Shown here: one piece after another, positions 1 through 7,963 of the stretch
How the letters are laid out: every line of letters begins with the position of its first letter
Position numbering within the stretch: position 1 is the stretch's first letter
NCBI GenBank assembly: GCA_001774105.1
Contig: MEYT01000005.1
Coordinates: forward strand, 3,826-42,592
Length of the DNA stretch: 38,767 bases
Origin: Candidatus Azambacteria bacterium RIFCSPLOWO2_01_FULL_46_26
GTDB taxonomy: Bacteria > Patescibacteriota > Minisyncoccia > UBA9936
Direction of reading: 5' to 3'
The notes under the pieces: model-generated
Database searches by the model: none
What the model was told of the DNA's origin: nothing
What the model saw: only the letters and a program-made list of their open reading frames with translations
Translations under genes and position numbers: made by a program

Positions 1-186
1 AGAAAGCGCTTCGCTCGGTTCTATTCCAAGCGTTTTTTCAAATTCCTTCACCGTCTGCGAAAGCAAAACGGTTTCTTTAAGGAGTTCTTCGTCGCTTTTT
101 TCCGTTGCTTGCCCGGACGCCTTCGCCCAGCTCGCGGCGCCCAAAAAAATCAGAAAAATCATTACTGCCGCGGCAATTTTTTTCAT
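1..186 (-). CDS. Exported protein of unknown function, N-terminal fragment (gene runs off the left edge of the window)
   Basis: Hand translation of the minus strand from ATG 186..184 gives MKKIAAAVMIFLIFLGAASWAKASGQATEKSDEELLKETV..., open to position 1. It has a signal-peptide-like N-terminus (KK, hydrophobic core, WAKA). AAGGAG (complement of 193..198) lies 6 nt upstream of the ATG. It is absent from the supplied ORF track, probably because it is truncated. Confidence 0.5.
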   Translation of the reverse strand, partial: MKKIAAAVMIFLIFLGAASWAKASGQATEKSDEELLKETVLLSQTVKEFEKTLGIEPSEALS

Positions 187-270
187 CGCGCTCTCCTTTT
201 TTGTTATTTGTTAAAAATCTTTTCTGCACCATAACATATTTTAATAATTTAATCAAATTGCAAGATTTGT

Positions 271-299
271 TTGTCAAATTCATCAATCCGTTTTAAAAT
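271..299 (+). promoter_or_regulatory. Candidate promoter giving a leaderless helicase-nuclease mRNA
   Basis: TTGTCA (271..276), a 17-nt spacer, then TAAAAT (294..299). ATG 307 starts 8 nt after the hexamer, and there is no SD sequence in between. Confidence 0.35.
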
Positions 300-306
300 A
301 AACGGT

Positions 307-3303
307 ATGGAATTGTTGCAATCGCTGAACAATGAACAAAAAGAAGCGGTGACGCTGGAAGAAGGGCCGGCGCTGATAGTGGCCGGAGCCGGAACCGGAA
401 AAACTACGGTGATAACAAAAAGAATCGGCTGGCTGATTGAGACCGGAAAGGCGAAACCCGAGGAGATTTTGGCCGTAACATTTACGGACAAGGCGGCGCA
501 GGAAATGGAAGAACGGGTGGACCGTCTGCTTCCCTACTCTTATTTAAACCTTGAAATCTCCACTTTTCACGCCTTCTGCGACAAGATTTTGCGCGAGCAC
601 GGGATTGAGATCGGGCTTTCAACCGATTTTAAGGTGCTCAGCGGAACGGACGGATGGCTTCTGGTCAGAGAAAATCTTAATAAATTCAATCTTGATTATT
701 ATCGGCCGCTCGGCAACCCGACAAAATTCATTCACGCGCTGATCAAGCATTTTGGCCGGGCAAAGGACGAGGAGGTCTGGCCGGAGGATTATTTAAAATA
801 CGTTCAAGAATTGAAATTGAACAAAGACGCGAGTCCGGAAGACGGAGACGTTGAAAACGAGGTAAAACGGCTTGAGGAAGTCGCGGGCGCCTATCATGTG
901 TATCAAAAATTATTGCTGGATAATAATTCTCTTGATTTCGGCGATTTAATCAATTATGCTTTGCGGCTCTTTCGCCAACGGCCGAAAATTCTGGAATACC
1001 ATCGCCGGCGGTATAAATACATTTTGGTGGACGAATTTCAAGATACCAACTGGGCGCAGTATGAATTGATTAAATTGCTCGCGGCGCCGAAAAATAACGT
1101 GATGGTCGTGGCGGACGACGACCAGAGCATTTATAAATTCCGCGGCGCGTCGGTAAGCAACGTGCTTGAATTTAAAAAGGATTACCCTCAGGCAAAAGAA
1201 ATAATGCTCGTGAACAACTATCGTTCGCCGCAGAATCTGCTTGACCTGACCTATAAATTCATCCGGCTCAATGATCCGAACCGCCTGGAATATCAGCTTG
1301 CTCACGGTTCGACCGGCTCGCCGTTAAAAACAAAACTCAGCAAGCGTCTAATCGCGCCCCATTCCGAACCGGCGGTCATTGAACATGTCGCGGCGAAAAC
1401 CGACATCGAAGAGGCAAGAAACGTCGTTGAAAAAATCGTTGAACTTCAGGAGAAAAAACGGCTGACATGGGATGACTTCGCAATCTTGGTCCGGGCGAAT
1501 AATTCCGCCGAGCCGTTTCTGGCGGAACTTGAACGCCGCGGAGTCCCATATCAATTCGTCGCCTCGCGAGGCCTTTACGCCAAGCCGATTGTTCTGGACA
1601 TCCTGGCTTATCTGCGGCTGCTTGATAATTATCATGAAAGCGCGAGTTTATACCGCGTTTTGAACCTCCCCTGCCTGAATTTTTCTCCGGGCGAGATCGT
1701 TGAAATGACGCATCTTAGCCGCGTGAAGTCGTGGTCGCTGTATGAAACGCTTAAAAAGGCCGCCGGGGACGCGAAAACGCGGTCCGAGCTTCTGGAAAAA
1801 ATCGAATTCCTTCTCGACCGTGTGGACAAACACTCGATTATCGCCAAAGAAAAAAACGTCGGCGCGGTGGTTTACGCGTTTTTGGAGGACCTGGGTTATC
1901 TGAAACACGTCATCCGCGCGATATCCGAAAAATCGCAGGCCGACGCTTTGAATTATCTCAATCAATTTTACAAAAAAATAGAGCATTTTGAACGCCAAAG
2001 CCCGGACAAATCTTTGAGAACTTTTATTAAAAGGATGGATTTAATCATTGAGGCCGGCGACGAAGGCGGGCTTGAAACCGATATTGAAGCCGGACCCGAG
2101 ACCGTTAAAGTGCTAACGGTTCACGGCGCGAAAGGACTCGAATTTTCTTATATTTTTGTCGTCAATCTGGTTGACCGAAGATTCCCGACTATAGAAAGAA
2201 AAGAACAGATAGAATTGCCGAAGCCCCTTATCAAAGAAATCATTCCCGAAGGCGACATCCATCTTGAGGAAGAACGCCGGCTTTTTTATGTCGCCTGCAC
2301 CCGGGCGAAAAAAGGCCTTTTCCTGACCTCCGCCGAGGACTACGGCGGCGCGCGGAAAAAGAAACCCTCGCGCTTTTTGAGCGAAATCGGATTTGTAAAG
2401 GAAGAGCCGTCAGCGGAAAAGAAAAAAGGCGCGCGGGAAGCGTTTGAAGAGCGAATGAAAGAAAAACCGCCGGCGCGCGAAAAGGCGGAAAAACAATCAT
2501 TTATCATTCCTTCGGAATTCAGCTTCAGTCAGTTCAAGGCGCTTGAGACGTGCCCGTGGCAATACCGTTTCGCGCACGTCTTGAAAATACCGGTAAAAGG
2601 CAGAGCTTCATTCAGTTTCGGCAAATCAGTGCACGCCGCTTTGCAAAAATTCTTTCAGCTGATTTTGGAACAAGCAAACAAAACGCAGACCGAACTTTTC
2701 AACGGCTCCCAAAAAAGCAATCCGGCCGCGACCCCCTCTTTGGACGAATTACTGAAATTTTACGAACAATCCTGGATTGACGAGTGGTACGAAAGCAAAG
2801 AGCGGCAAAACGAATACAAAGAAAACGGCAAAAAAATGCTCAAAGAATTTTATGAAGCGGACAAAGAAAACTGGCCGCGAGTCAGATACATTGAACGGGG
2901 TTTTAAATGGAAAATTTCCGATCCCGATTCCGGCGAAATTTATCCGATTACCGGAAAAATTGACCGGATTGACGTTTTGCCTGACGGTTCGTTTGAGATA
3001 ATTGATTATAAAACCGGAAAACCGGCCGACGCGAAAAAAGGCATTGATAAAAATCAACTGCTGCTTTACCAAAAAGCGGCACAGGAAATCCTTAAAAAAC
3101 CCGTGAGCAAGCTCACTTATTATTATCTGGAAAACGCTTCAAAAATTTCTTTCACGGGAAATGAAAAAGATTTTCAAAAACTGGAAAAAGAAATACTTGA
3201 ACAAATCGGGCAAATAAAAAAGGGCGGCTTCGCTCCCGCGCCCGACCCTTTTAAATGCCGTTATTGCGATTTCAAAGAAATCTGCGAGTTCAGGGAACTT
3301 TAA
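307..3303 (+). CDS. UvrD/PcrA-family superfamily-1 DNA helicase fused to a C-terminal Cas4/AddB-like PD-(D/E)XK nuclease domain with a four-Cys cluster
   Basis: Helicase motifs are present: AGAGTGKT (Walker A), LVDEFQDTN (motif II), VADDDQSIYKFRGA (III), NYRS (IV), TVHGAKGLEF (V) and YVACTRAKKGL (VI). The C-terminus has CPWQYRF, then DRIDV...EIIDYKTGK (D..ExK), QLLLYQKA (QxxxY) and CRYCDFKEIC. The track ORF starts at TTG 271. ATG 307 (MELLQSLNNEQKEAV) is the more likely start. Confidence 0.9.
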   Translation: MELLQSLNNEQKEAVTLEEGPALIVAGAGTGKTTVITKRIGWLIETGKAKPEEILAVTFTDKAAQEMEERVDRLLPYSYLNLEISTFHAFCDKILREHGIEIGLSTDFKVLSGTDGWLLVRENLNKFNLDYYRPLGNPTKFIHALIKHFGRAKDEEVWPEDYLKYVQELKLNKDASPEDGDVENEVKRLEEVAGAYHVYQKLLLDNNSLDFGDLINYALRLFRQRPKILEYHRRRYKYILVDEFQDTNWAQYELIKLLAAPKNNVMVVADDDQSIYKFRGASVSNVLEFKKDYPQAKEIMLVNNYRSPQNLLDLTYKFIRLNDPNRLEYQLAHGSTGSPLKTKLSKRLIAPHSEPAVIEHVAAKTDIEEARNVVEKIVELQEKKRLTWDDFAILVRANNSAEPFLAELERRGVPYQFVASRGLYAKPIVLDILAYLRLLDNYHESASLYRVLNLPCLNFSPGEIVEMTHLSRVKSWSLYETLKKAAGDAKTRSELLEKIEFLLDRVDKHSIIAKEKNVGAVVYAFLEDLGYLKHVIRAISEKSQADALNYLNQFYKKIEHFERQSPDKSLRTFIKRMDLIIEAGDEGGLETDIEAGPETVKVLTVHGAKGLEFSYIFVVNLVDRRFPTIERKEQIELPKPLIKEIIPEGDIHLEEERRLFYVACTRAKKGLFLTSAEDYGGARKKKPSRFLSEIGFVKEEPSAEKKKGAREAFEERMKEKPPAREKAEKQSFIIPSEFSFSQFKALETCPWQYRFAHVLKIPVKGRASFSFGKSVHAALQKFFQLILEQANKTQTELFNGSQKSNPAATPSLDELLKFYEQSWIDEWYESKERQNEYKENGKKMLKEFYEADKENWPRVRYIERGFKWKISDPDSGEIYPITGKIDRIDVLPDGSFEIIDYKTGKPADAKKGIDKNQLLLYQKAAQEILKKPVSKLTYYYLENASKISFTGNEKDFQKLEKEILEQIGQIKKGGFAPAPDPFKCRYCDFKEICEFREL

Positions 3304-3724
3304 GTCCGGGACAATTGCTTGCCGGTTCGTAGCCGGCCGCTTCGGCTTCCTTGAAGGATGAAAAAGTAATCTTATTTTCCGGTTTGATTTGCTTGGCGCC
3401 GGAACAGGACGTCAGATGATATTTTGTTCCGTTACGCGAAGCGACGACGACTTCGGTTTGCGTTTGCGTTGAAGTATTTGTCGCAGAGGCGGTAGAATTT
3501 AAGGAAGAATTACCGCCAGAGTCATAATTCATGATTCTTGATTCATGATTCGCATTTTCAGCCGATTCTTCGATTATAATTGGTTCTTTTGAAATCTCGC
3601 GATTATAAAGCAACCCCAATCCAAAGCTGATAAGGGCGATTAAAACAATGCCAATTATCAGGACTATCCGATCCTGATATTCAACCGCGAAATTCTTGAC
3701 CTTTTGGAAATGCTCTGGTATCAT
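3290..3724 (-). CDS. Membrane-anchored protein with a Ser/Thr-rich linker and a C-terminal Ada-like ('sunset'-type) small domain
   Basis: One TM helix (IVLIIGIVLIALISFGLGLLY) is followed by a low-complexity region (NSSLNSTASATNTSTQTQT) and then GTKYHLTSCSGAKQIKPENKITFSSFKEAEAAGYEPASNCPG. This resembles the YH..C...I...N..F.S..EA..AGY.PC..C motif, but one Cys is missing. Start chosen at the internal ATG 3724 (MIPEHF...) because the track start at 3772 would overlap rpmA. Confidence 0.6.
   Translation of the reverse strand: MIPEHFQKVKNFAVEYQDRIVLIIGIVLIALISFGLGLLYNREISKEPIIIEESAENANHESRIMNYDSGGNSSLNSTASATNTSTQTQTEVVVASRNGTKYHLTSCSGAKQIKPENKITFSSFKEAEAAGYEPASNCPGLKVP
3696..3724 (+). promoter_or_regulatory. 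Candidate rpmA promoter
   Basis: TTGACC (3696..3701), a 17-nt spacer, then TATCAT (3719..3724). It lies inside and at the start of the divergent gene. Confidence 0.4.
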
Positions 3725-3725
3725 A

Positions 3726-3758
3726 ATTCGTATATTCGTATAAATTCGTAATTTCGTA
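3726..3758. repeat. Four short direct repeats (A/T)TTCGTA in the 39-nt divergent intergenic region / rpmA leader
   Basis: TTCGTA occurs at 3727, 3735, 3745 and 3753 (spacing 8, 10, 8 nt). Confidence 0.6.
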
Positions 3759-3763
3759 ACATT

Positions 3764-4045
3764 ATGGCGCATACTAAAGCAGGCGGCTCGACTCGTTTAG
3801 GCCGCGAATCGGAATCAAAACGACTTGGAGTGAAATTATTTGACGGACAACCGGCTCAGCCCGGCAGTATTTTGATTCGCCAAAGAGGAACAAAATTTTA
3901 TCCCGGCAAAAACGTCCGGCGAGGCGGCGACGACACTTTATACGCCGTTAAAAGCGGGCTCGTGAAATTCGCCACCAAAACGCATAAATCCTTTGACGGC
4001 TCCAGACGCCTCGTGAAAGTTGTAAACGTGATAGAGAAACAGTGA
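3764..4045 (+). CDS. rpmA: 50S ribosomal protein L27
   Basis: [29 protein letters not shown]...[14 protein letters not shown] is the canonical L27 N-terminus, and the length (93 aa) fits. Confidence 0.96.
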   Translation: MAHTKAGGSTRLGRESESKRLGVKLFDGQPAQPGSILIRQRGTKFYPGKNVRRGGDDTLYAVKSGLVKFATKTHKSFDGSRRLVKVVNVIEKQ

Positions 4046-4072
4046 AGTAACAAAAAGACGGCAATAAGCACA

Positions 4073-4106
4073 AACCCCGCCCTTTTTCATGGGCGGGGTT
4101 CTTTTT
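4073..4106. terminator. Shared hairpin terminator for convergent rpmA and rplI
   Basis: AACCCCGCCC (4073..4082) pairs with GGGCGGGGTT (4091..4100) around an 8-nt loop, followed by CTTTTT on the plus strand. The rplI stop codon (4087..4089) lies in the loop. Confidence 0.7.
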
Positions 4107-4539
4107 CAACGATTACTTTAATTTTCGCTTCAAGGCCGTGGCCGAATTCAACGGTTACGTCATGTTCGCCGAGCGTTTTGATCGGACTGAACAGCTTGAT
4201 CTGGCTTTTTTGCGCCTTATGCCCTTTCTTGTTTAGTGTGTCGGCGATTTTTTGCGCGTTGATTGAGCCGAAAATCTGATTGCCATCCCCCGCTTTCGCG
4301 GACAATTTAATTTCAACTCCGTCAAATTTGCCGGCCAATTCCTGAGCGGTTTTCAATTCCGCTTCGGTTTTTTTTATTTTTGCCTCTTTCTGATTTTCCA
4401 TTTCGCGCACCGCTTGAGACGCGGCAATTTTAGCCAAGGCGTTCGGCAAAAGAAAATTTCGGGCGTAACCGTCGTTCACCTCTTTAACGTCGCCGGCTTT
4501 TCCAACGCCGGATATGTCTTTTAACAATATAACTTTCAT
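4087..4539 (-). CDS. rplI: 50S ribosomal protein L9
   Basis: [36 protein letters not shown] is the canonical L9 N-terminal domain. A long helical linker and a C-terminal domain follow; 150 aa. Confidence 0.95.
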   Translation of the reverse strand: MKVILLKDISGVGKAGDVKEVNDGYARNFLLPNALAKIAASQAVREMENQKEAKIKKTEAELKTAQELAGKFDGVEIKLSAKAGDGNQIFGSINAQKIADTLNKKGHKAQKSQIKLFSPIKTLGEHDVTVEFGHGLEAKIKVIVEKEPRP

Positions 4540-4555
4540 ATCTATGGTTTTGTCA

Positions 4556-4825
4556 TTAAACTATGCGGAATCTTTCAAATTCTTGCGTTGCTTCCTGCCA
4601 ATTCACCTCGACCTTGTCAATCCGCGCGCCAGCCGGTCCTTTTCTGCACCATTCCAAAAGCTGATTCAGCGCGCCCTCCTCCCCTTCGGCCACGATTTTT
4701 ACGCTGCCGTCCTCGTTCCCGGCCCAGCCGACCAAACCGAGGAGCTTGGCTTTTTCTTTGGCTTCAACTCTGAAAAAAACTCCCTGAACGAGGCCGTAAA
4801 TAATAATTGTAATTCTCTTCTTCAT
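4556..4825 (-). CDS. acyP: Acylphosphatase
   Basis: An 89-aa protein with the VQGVFFR phosphate-binding signature and [18 protein letters not shown]. Confidence 0.88.
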   Translation of the reverse strand: MKKRITIIIYGLVQGVFFRVEAKEKAKLLGLVGWAGNEDGSVKIVAEGEEGALNQLLEWCRKGPAGARIDKVEVNWQEATQEFERFRIV

Positions 4826-4837
4826 TTTTGTTATTGG

Positions 4838-6097
4838 CTATTTATTATTGGTTATTTGTTCTTTTAATAATTCAATCGCTTTATCCAATTGCGGGTCAAG
4901 ATTTTTTTCCAAATCTTCGGCTTTCAGCTCAACTTTAACGTCCGCCTCAAGCCCTTCGTCGCTGATTGACCTGCCGTTGGGCGTCAGCCACTTGGCCACC
5001 GTCACCTTTAAAGAAGAACCGTCATTGAAATCGAACAATTGCTGAACCGATCCCTTACCGTATGTCTTTTCTCCGATCAATTTTAAGCCGCGATTTTCTT
5101 TTAAAGCGCCGGCCAGAATCTCCGAAGCCGAAGCCGATCCCTGGTTAACCAAAATCACGGTTTTATATTCGGCCAACTTGGCCGGGCCGGCCGAATAAAA
5201 AGTTTCTTTCTGCCCGTTGCCGAAGTCCTCCATCGCCACGACTTGGCCTTGAGCCAAAAACCAGCCAGCGATGTCAACCGCTTTGTCCAAATAGCCGCCC
5301 GGATTATTGCGCAGGTCCAAAACGATTCCTTTCGCCGGCGACGCCAAAATCGTCCCGGCCGCTTTGGTAAATTCTTCCGATGAATTTTCGGTGAATTGAT
5401 ACAGCCGCAAATAAGCTAAGTCACCCTTAAACTCAAGTTTCAGAATGGGAACCTTTATCACGTCTCTGACGATTTTTATTTCCTTCGTCTCAGTCCAGGC
5501 GTCCCGGCTGACCGTTAAAACAACCTCGGTTCCCTTTGTTCCGCGAATCAAACGGACAGCCTCTTCAATCGTCAAATCCGCCGTTATCGTGTCGGCAATT
5601 TTCAAAATCTTGTCCCCGGCCATTAACCCGGCTCTTTTGGCCGGCGTTTCTTCCAGCGGGGCAATTACGGTTAAAACGCCTTTTTTGATTCCGATTTCGG
5701 CTCCGATTCCTTCAAAACTTCCTTTACTGTCGTCTTCAAATCTCTTAGCCTCCTGCGGTTCAAAAAAGACGGTATAAGGATCGTCTAATGATTTTACCAT
5801 CCCGGCGATCGCTCCGTAAACCATCTTTTGGGAATCAAGGTGTTTTCTTGTCGCGTAAGTTTCTTCGACTTTTTGCCAAACATCCCAAAAACGGCTGAAG
5901 TCGATTTCTTTCGGTTTTCCCGATTCCTTATTTATGATTTGAAACGTTTCCGGCGGCTCTTCTTGGAATCGGACGCCCGGAATCCCAACCGGAATAATTT
6001 TGAACGGCAAAATACCGAGCTGGCCGATGACGACTCCGAGCCCGAAAATCGCGACAAGCAAAACCGCCAGGAGAATGTATTTTTTTGGAGAAAACAT
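4838..6097 (-). CDS. S41 family carboxyl-terminal processing protease with PDZ domain, N-terminal membrane anchor
   Basis: N-terminal TM helix; PDZ-like segment (GLMAGDKILKIAD); S41 catalytic region VILVNQGSASASEILAGALKE and TYGKGSVQ. Confidence 0.9.
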   Translation of the reverse strand: MFSPKKYILLAVLLVAIFGLGVVIGQLGILPFKIIPVGIPGVRFQEEPPETFQIINKESGKPKEIDFSRFWDVWQKVEETYATRKHLDSQKMVYGAIAGMVKSLDDPYTVFFEPQEAKRFEDDSKGSFEGIGAEIGIKKGVLTVIAPLEETPAKRAGLMAGDKILKIADTITADLTIEEAVRLIRGTKGTEVVLTVSRDAWTETKEIKIVRDVIKVPILKLEFKGDLAYLRLYQFTENSSEEFTKAAGTILASPAKGIVLDLRNNPGGYLDKAVDIAGWFLAQGQVVAMEDFGNGQKETFYSAGPAKLAEYKTVILVNQGSASASEILAGALKENRGLKLIGEKTYGKGSVQQLFDFNDGSSLKVTVAKWLTPNGRSISDEGLEADVKVELKAEDLEKNLDPQLDKAIELLKEQITNNK

Positions 6098-6111
6098 GAA
6101 TTTGGGCTGCC

Positions 6112-6927
6112 TTAATGCGAATACTGCCGCCAGCCGTGTTTTGAAAAATACAGGAAAGCACTGCGAATGTGGGTTCTGGTGAATTTGTTGATAAAAACGT
6201 CCAGAATGCCTCCTTTTTTCCGGCTGGCTTTCTGATGGTAATGGACCATCTTACTTTGCGGGAAATAGACGACCTTATATCCATTTTCCCAGAACCGGCG
6301 GCACCAGTCAACATCTTCAAAATACATGAAAAAATTTTCATCCAACGGCCCGACTTTTTTCAGAGCCGAGCGCCTTATCAGCATCGCCGAACCCATGAGC
6401 CAATCGGCTTCAATCGGCCTGTCGTCAGCGATTAAATCCTTCATCACGAATATTTCGAGCGCTTTCCGGGCGAAGCCGAAGCGCCTCAAAAACGTCCGGC
6501 GGAAGACGATGGTTTTGGGCGTATAGAAACGAAAGCAAGAATCCTGGGGCGAACCATTCACGTTCAAAAGGCGCGGCCCCGAAACGCCAATCTCCGGATT
6601 GCTTCGCATTGATTCCAAAAGCCGCTCAACGGAATTTTCCAAAATCACGATGTCCGAATTTAAAACGAGCAAAAAATCGCCGTGCGATTCGCGGATGCCG
6701 GCGTTGACCAATTTCGCGTAGCCGACGTTTTGCTCAAAAGGGATGAAAACGACCGCGGGAAAATTTTCCGAAATCATTTCTTCGGTCTCCGTTTCGGACT
6801 CGCTGTCAACGACGATGATTTCGTAACTTTCGTCTTTCAAAGTCCGAATGATTGATTTAACGCACAGCTTCAACAAAGCCGGCGTTTTATGATGAGTGAT
6901 GATAATTGATAACTTCGGTTTGGGCAT
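6112..6927 (-). CDS. Family 2 glycosyltransferase
   Basis: LSIIITHHKT..., IIVVDSESE and LVLNSDIV (DxD-like) form a typical GT-A N-terminal half. The C-terminal half reads DEN.FMYFEDVDWCRR. Start set at the internal ATG 6927 (MPKPKLSIIIT), directly after the upstream stop. Confidence 0.85.
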   Translation of the reverse strand: MPKPKLSIIITHHKTPALLKLCVKSIIRTLKDESYEIIVVDSESETETEEMISENFPAVVFIPFEQNVGYAKLVNAGIRESHGDFLLVLNSDIVILENSVERLLESMRSNPEIGVSGPRLLNVNGSPQDSCFRFYTPKTIVFRRTFLRRFGFARKALEIFVMKDLIADDRPIEADWLMGSAMLIRRSALKKVGPLDENFFMYFEDVDWCRRFWENGYKVVYFPQSKMVHYHQKASRKKGGILDVFINKFTRTHIRSAFLYFSKHGWRQYSH

Positions 6928-6928
6928 A

Positions 6929-7963
6929 TTAATTCTCAAAAACATTTTGACAGGCGTTTTTCAGCGAATCAAAATCGTTATTTTTCGGCAAGAGTATGTA
7001 ACTGCCGTTTACGTAGGAGGAGTCAAGCAAGCCGTCTTTTGAGATATCGAAAACTTTCCTAATCGGAACGCTTCCGCGCGTTTCTTTGACTATCGTTATC
7101 ATGTCAATCGTTTCATTGATGCCGAAATCCGTTTGAACGTGTTCCGCCAATGTTTTCGCCACACCGTATACCCTGAAAGGGTTGCTCAAAATTCCGAGAG
7201 TCAACGCCTTGTCTTTGACCGCCGTCAAAACGTCCTGCTGGCGGCGCGCCCTGTCAAAATCGTTCGTAGAAAATCTTGACCGAACGTAATAAAGCGCTTT
7301 TTCGCCGCTTAAATGATTGTTGCCTTTCGGCAGATAAAAAATCATTCCGCCCCATTGGTTCGGTTCGGAGAAATTTTTCTCAAGCGTAATGTCAATCCCG
7401 CCCAATTGATCAATGACTTTTTCAAAAGCTGCGAAATCAACCGCGATGGCGTAATCGGCATTCAGGCCGCAAATATCTCCGACGACCTCCTTCGCGTACT
7501 TTAACCCTTCGCCTTTCCCCCGCTTCTCGCCCAATTCATAAGCGAAATTTATTTTTTCCTTTTTTCCGAAACCGGGCATTTCAACATAAAGGTCGCGGGG
7601 GATAGAAATAAGCGCGACGCGTTTTTTTTCTTTATCGTATCTGAGAAGCATAATGGTATCGGTCAAAAGGCCGCCGTTCACGTCGTTTTTGCCTCGCAGA
7701 CCGAAAACAACGACATCAACGGTCTTTTTTTCTTCCGCCCGGCTCATGCCGAAGAAACTCATTGTTCTGGCAAAAAGCGATTCATCGCCAAAAATTTGAA
7801 AATTCGCGCCGCTTTTAAACGTGAAAAACAGGAAAACCGCCAGTAAAACGGCCGAAATCAAATAGAGCCACCGTTTGCGCGGTTTATTTCCAAGTTTATT
7901 CTCAAGATATTTTATCGCCTGCTCTTCTTGCAATTTTTCTTCCATATTCTTTGTTTTATTCAA
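6929..7963 (-). CDS. LytR-CpsA-Psr (LCP) family cell-envelope polymer phosphotransferase
   Basis: Single N-terminal TM helix, then DTIMLLRYDKEKKRVALISIPRDLYVEMPG and RSRFSTNDFDRARRQQ, which are hallmark LCP motifs. Confidence 0.85.
   Translation of the reverse strand: MNKTKNMEEKLQEEQAIKYLENKLGNKPRKRWLYLISAVLLAVFLFFTFKSGANFQIFGDESLFARTMSFFGMSRAEEKKTVDVVVFGLRGKNDVNGGLLTDTIMLLRYDKEKKRVALISIPRDLYVEMPGFGKKEKINFAYELGEKRGKGEGLKYAKEVVGDICGLNADYAIAVDFAAFEKVIDQLGGIDITLEKNFSEPNQWGGMIFYLPKGNNHLSGEKALYYVRSRFSTNDFDRARRQQDVLTAVKDKALTLGILSNPFRVYGVAKTLAEHVQTDFGINETIDMITIVKETRGSVPIRKVFDISKDGLLDSSYVNGSYILLPKNNDFDSLKNACQNVFEN

Noticed and set aside
77-296. ORFs 77..286 (-) and 105..296 (+) at the left edge.
   Set aside because: Neither has a ribosome-binding site or protein-like composition. 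A different minus-strand frame starting at 186, with a signal peptide and an AAGGAG SD, explains 1..186 better. The stretch 187..306 is then a divergent promoter region.
4845-4860. Exact 16-mer TTATTGGTTATTTGTT shared between 4845..4860 and 27541..27556, considered as a possible dispersed repeat or regulatory box.
   Set aside because: One copy is coding (the C-terminus of the S41 protease) and the other is intergenic. The word is A/T-rich and low-complexity. About one chance 16-mer match is expected when both strands of a 39-kb window are compared, so it is not significant by itself.
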